This document shows positions 61,638 to 64,000 of a stretch of 64,000 nt of DNA, piece by piece (the stretch's first letter is position 1; each line of letters opens with the position of its first letter). The position numbers and the translations under genes were made by a program. The notes under the pieces were generated by a model. It worked only from the letters and a program-made list of their open reading frames with translations, did no database searches and was not told the DNA's origin. The stretch comes from Antedon mediterranea (taxonomy: Eukaryota; Animalia; Echinodermata). The stretch spans positions 9,610,001 to 9,674,000 of the forward strand of contig NC_092671.1 in the NCBI RefSeq assembly GCF_964355755.1, given 5' to 3'.

Positions 61638-64000
61638 TTAGTGATAAGCACCGTTGCTCCATGAATAGCAATGGCAATATCGATTTACACAATGCCACTG
61701 TGATCCGATTTTCTTGCAATCTTTGTAGTACAGTCGTCCGTGCGACCATTTAAACGGCACAATCTTAACTATGCACTTGCCTTTGCGATTAATAATACGA
61801 TAGGCGTGGCCATGGCATATAAACAAGTGCGTCTTTGCTACAGGACCCATGCAGCATGAGCATACCGGTTTCTTTTTGTGCTTCTGCACATGCGTCAAAT
61901 GACCGCGTGGTCGCCGTCGTGGCTGCTGATATCGACCATTATACCAATAATAAGGACGGTTACGACGTCTGTAAGACCTTAAGAAGTACCACTTGTGATT
62001 CCAGTAATAGTAGATGCGACCGTGTTTTATTCGGGAATGGACTGGTTTCCAATAATATCTCGTACCAAAACGTTGTTTATAGTACAAAAGACGACCAAAT
62101 CTCAGATAAAATTGTTTATGATGCGGTCTTCTTGAACGTCTTCTTGGCATAAGTCGATATCGACCATAATGCCAGTAATACACACGATGATAACGCCTGT
62201 AAGTCCTCAAGAAGTACCAAGTATGATGCCAGTAATAGTAGATGCGACCACGTCTTATTCGGGAATAGACCGGTCTCCAGTAATACCTATTACCAGAGCG
62301 TACTCTAAAGTAGAGACGGCCATATCTAAAATAGAATTGTTTAACTGGTGGCCTTCTTGTTGGACGTACGACATGATATCGATGTTTAGACCAGTAGAAG
62401 TAACGTCCGTTAACATAATAATAGTAAGCAGGCTGCCATGTCCGTCCTAGTTTAAACAGAATACGTCCATGACGTCTTATATACCGGATAGGACGTCTGG
62501 CCTTCTGACCATTACGCCAGTAAATATAATAAAGTCGGCCACGGCTCCAATACAATCTACAAGCACTTCTGATCAAACTTAAGCTTGGTCTTCTGGGTTG
62601 TATATAGTAATCGTTGTTATGCCAGATGTAATACTGACCATGTTTATAATAGAAATACACTTTATGTCGTATAAAAACACCCCTTCTTCGCCAGTAGTAA
62701 TACAGTTGACCATTTATTTGACGGTATCTTACTCTGCGCCATGTGAAACGGTTTCCACGACGTAGGCGATAATATAAGACTCCATTTCTCCAGAATATAT
62801 GCGTGTTTCTGCGTAAATAATCCGGTGTGTATCTTACATTATAATGATTGTTTATCCAGTAATAATAACCTCTGTGCTTTGTGTACGACTTCACGTTATG
62901 CCACGCGTAGTTCCAGTAGTACATTAGTTGACCATTGTATCTTCGATAACGAACATTACGCCAATAGTATCTATACCCACTGTAAACGCGGTAATATAGA
63001 CGCCGATGTTTCCACATAATATTCGTCGAATAGTTGTGATATATATAATGCACGATATACCGATGGTGATAGTGATGAATTTGGTGATAGTGGCGGATGT
63101 GTCTATAGTGTATAACGTTGATGCGATGCGTGATTGTTTTGTACAAATGTCTGTGGTGATAATGGTATATGTGGTGGTGATGGTGGACGTATCGACGATG
63201 GTATACGTGTCTATGGTGCGTCACAGTGATGCGATGATAAATAACACGAGTGTGGTATCGGTGATGTACATGGTAGTAATGATGGTGATGATGTATCACA
63301 TGGTAGTGGTGGACGTGCCGGTGGTGCGTAATAGTCACCTTATGGTACACATGTTTGTGAATGTACCGATTATGTAAATGGTAGTAGTGATGGTAATGGT
63401 GAATCTTATGGTAATGGTGTATGTGGCGATGGTGTGTTATGAGTATATGGTGATTAATTATACGTGCGTGGTATCTGTGATGTACGTGGTAGTAATGGTG
63501 ATAATGGTGTACCCGGTGATGGTGATGTACATGACGGACATGTCGGATATGAATATGATGTACTATGGTTCGGATGTGGTATATTTTGTGCAAATGATGA
63601 ACATGATGATAATGATGGATATGATGGTGATGATGTATATGCCGATGGTGAGTAACTTGAATGTGATGATAGACGGTCCGAAAATGATACCTGTGGTGAA
63701 CGTGGTATACATGGTGATAGTGGTGAATGTGATGATAATGTTGGATATGTCTGTGATGGGTTATGAGAACATGGTGTAAAACGGTTCGCATGTGATACCT
63801 GTGGTGCGTATGGTAAATATGATGGTAGTGATGGATGATATGTCGGTGGTGTATATGCCTGTGATGTGTAATCTGAATGTGATGGTACACTGTACGCACA
63901 TGATACCGATGGTGTTTGTGGTAATAGTGATGGAAGTGATGAATGTGATGGTGGTGGTGCACGTGCCTGTGATGGGTAATTAGAACATGGTGGTAGACGG
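61638..64000 (-). CDS. Unassigned histidine-rich 36-aa-repeat / Tyr-Trp-Arg-rich module protein, 5'-partial (more than 786 aa)
   Basis: The frame is open from the window edge (..TVYHHVLITHHRHV..) to TAA at 61640-61638. The ORF-track start at 63962 is an internal GTG. Repeat register is conserved at protein level with extensive codon variation, there is no stop in 2.36 kb despite abundant TAT/TAC codons, and a minus-strand AATAAA lies at 61430-61425. Confidence 0.85.
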   Translation of the reverse strand, partial: VYHHVLITHHRHVHHHHHIHHFHHYYHKHHRYHVRTVYHHIQITHHRHIHHRHIIHHYHHIYHTHHRYHMRTVLHHVLITHHRHIQHYHHIHHYHHVYHVHHRYHFRTVYHHIQVTHHRHIHHHHHIHHYHHVHHLHKIYHIRTIVHHIHIRHVRHVHHHHRVHHYHHYYHVHHRYHARIINHHILITHHRHIHHYHKIHHYHHYYHLHNRYIHKHVYHKVTITHHRHVHHYHVIHHHHHYYHVHHRYHTRVIYHRITVTHHRHVYHRRYVHHHHHIYHYHHRHLYKTITHRINVIHYRHIRHYHQIHHYHHRYIVHYIYHNYSTNIMWKHRRLYYRVYSGYRYYWRNVRYRRYNGQLMYYWNYAWHNVKSYTKHRGYYYWINNHYNVRYTPDYLRRNTHIFWRNGVLYYRLRRGNRFTWRRVRYRQINGQLYYYWRRRGVFIRHKVYFYYKHGQYYIWHNNDYYIQPRRPSLSLIRSACRLYWSRGRLYYIYWRNGQKARRPIRYIRRHGRILFKLGRTWQPAYYYYVNGRYFYWSKHRYHVVRPTRRPPVKQFYFRYGRLYFRVRSGNRYYWRPVYSRIRRGRIYYYWHHTWYFLRTYRRYHRVYYWHYGRYRLMPRRRSRRPHHKQFYLRFGRLLYYKQRFGTRYYWKPVHSRIKHGRIYYYWNHKWYFLRSYRRRNRPYYWYNGRYQQPRRRPRGHLTHVQKHKKKPVCSCCMGPVAKTHLFICHGHAYRIINRKGKCIVKIVPFKWSHGRLYYKDCKKIGSQWHCVNRYCHCYSWSNGAYH

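Noticed and set aside
63006-63983. Plus-strand Met/Val-rich ORFs
   Set aside because: They are antisense shadows of CAT/CAC His codons and are broken by stops, while the minus frame is continuous.

Overview
AT-rich, intron-containing animal genomic DNA. It is probably an invertebrate such as an echinoderm, but this is an inference from gene content and repeat style only. (1) 795-29821 (+): the 3' 53 exons (about 2,890 codons, 5' end outside the window) of a giant type-I membrane MUC4/SUSD2-like mosaic protein. The order is Thr-rich, EGF, 2xHYR, 2xLDLa, 2xSushi, cbEGF, NIDO-AMOP-VWD(GDPH), a long cbEGF array, 2 SEA-like domains, 5 EGF, TM, and a tail with DPF/NPF/YENP motifs. (2) SRP19 (-, 4 exons, 137 aa), convergent with that gene. 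(3) TMEM169 (+, single coding exon), probably head-to-head with SRP19, with a 5.8-kb block-structured 24-bp minisatellite in the presumed first intron. (4) About 17 kb of repeat-rich intergenic DNA. (5) At the right end (-), a stop-free ORF of more than 780 codons that I cannot assign to any family: at least nine 36-aa His-rich repeats, then five Tyr/Trp/Arg-rich modules and a Cys-rich sixth module, with almost no acidic residues. This ORF is the best candidate for an undescribed system. Non-autonomous transposons (PIF/Harbinger-type MITEs, Kolobok-like elements, a complete Helitron, an L2/CR1 fragment) and a strongly over-represented TAGGCCTA palindrome are scattered through the non-coding DNA. 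All coordinates were derived by eye and no database searches were run.
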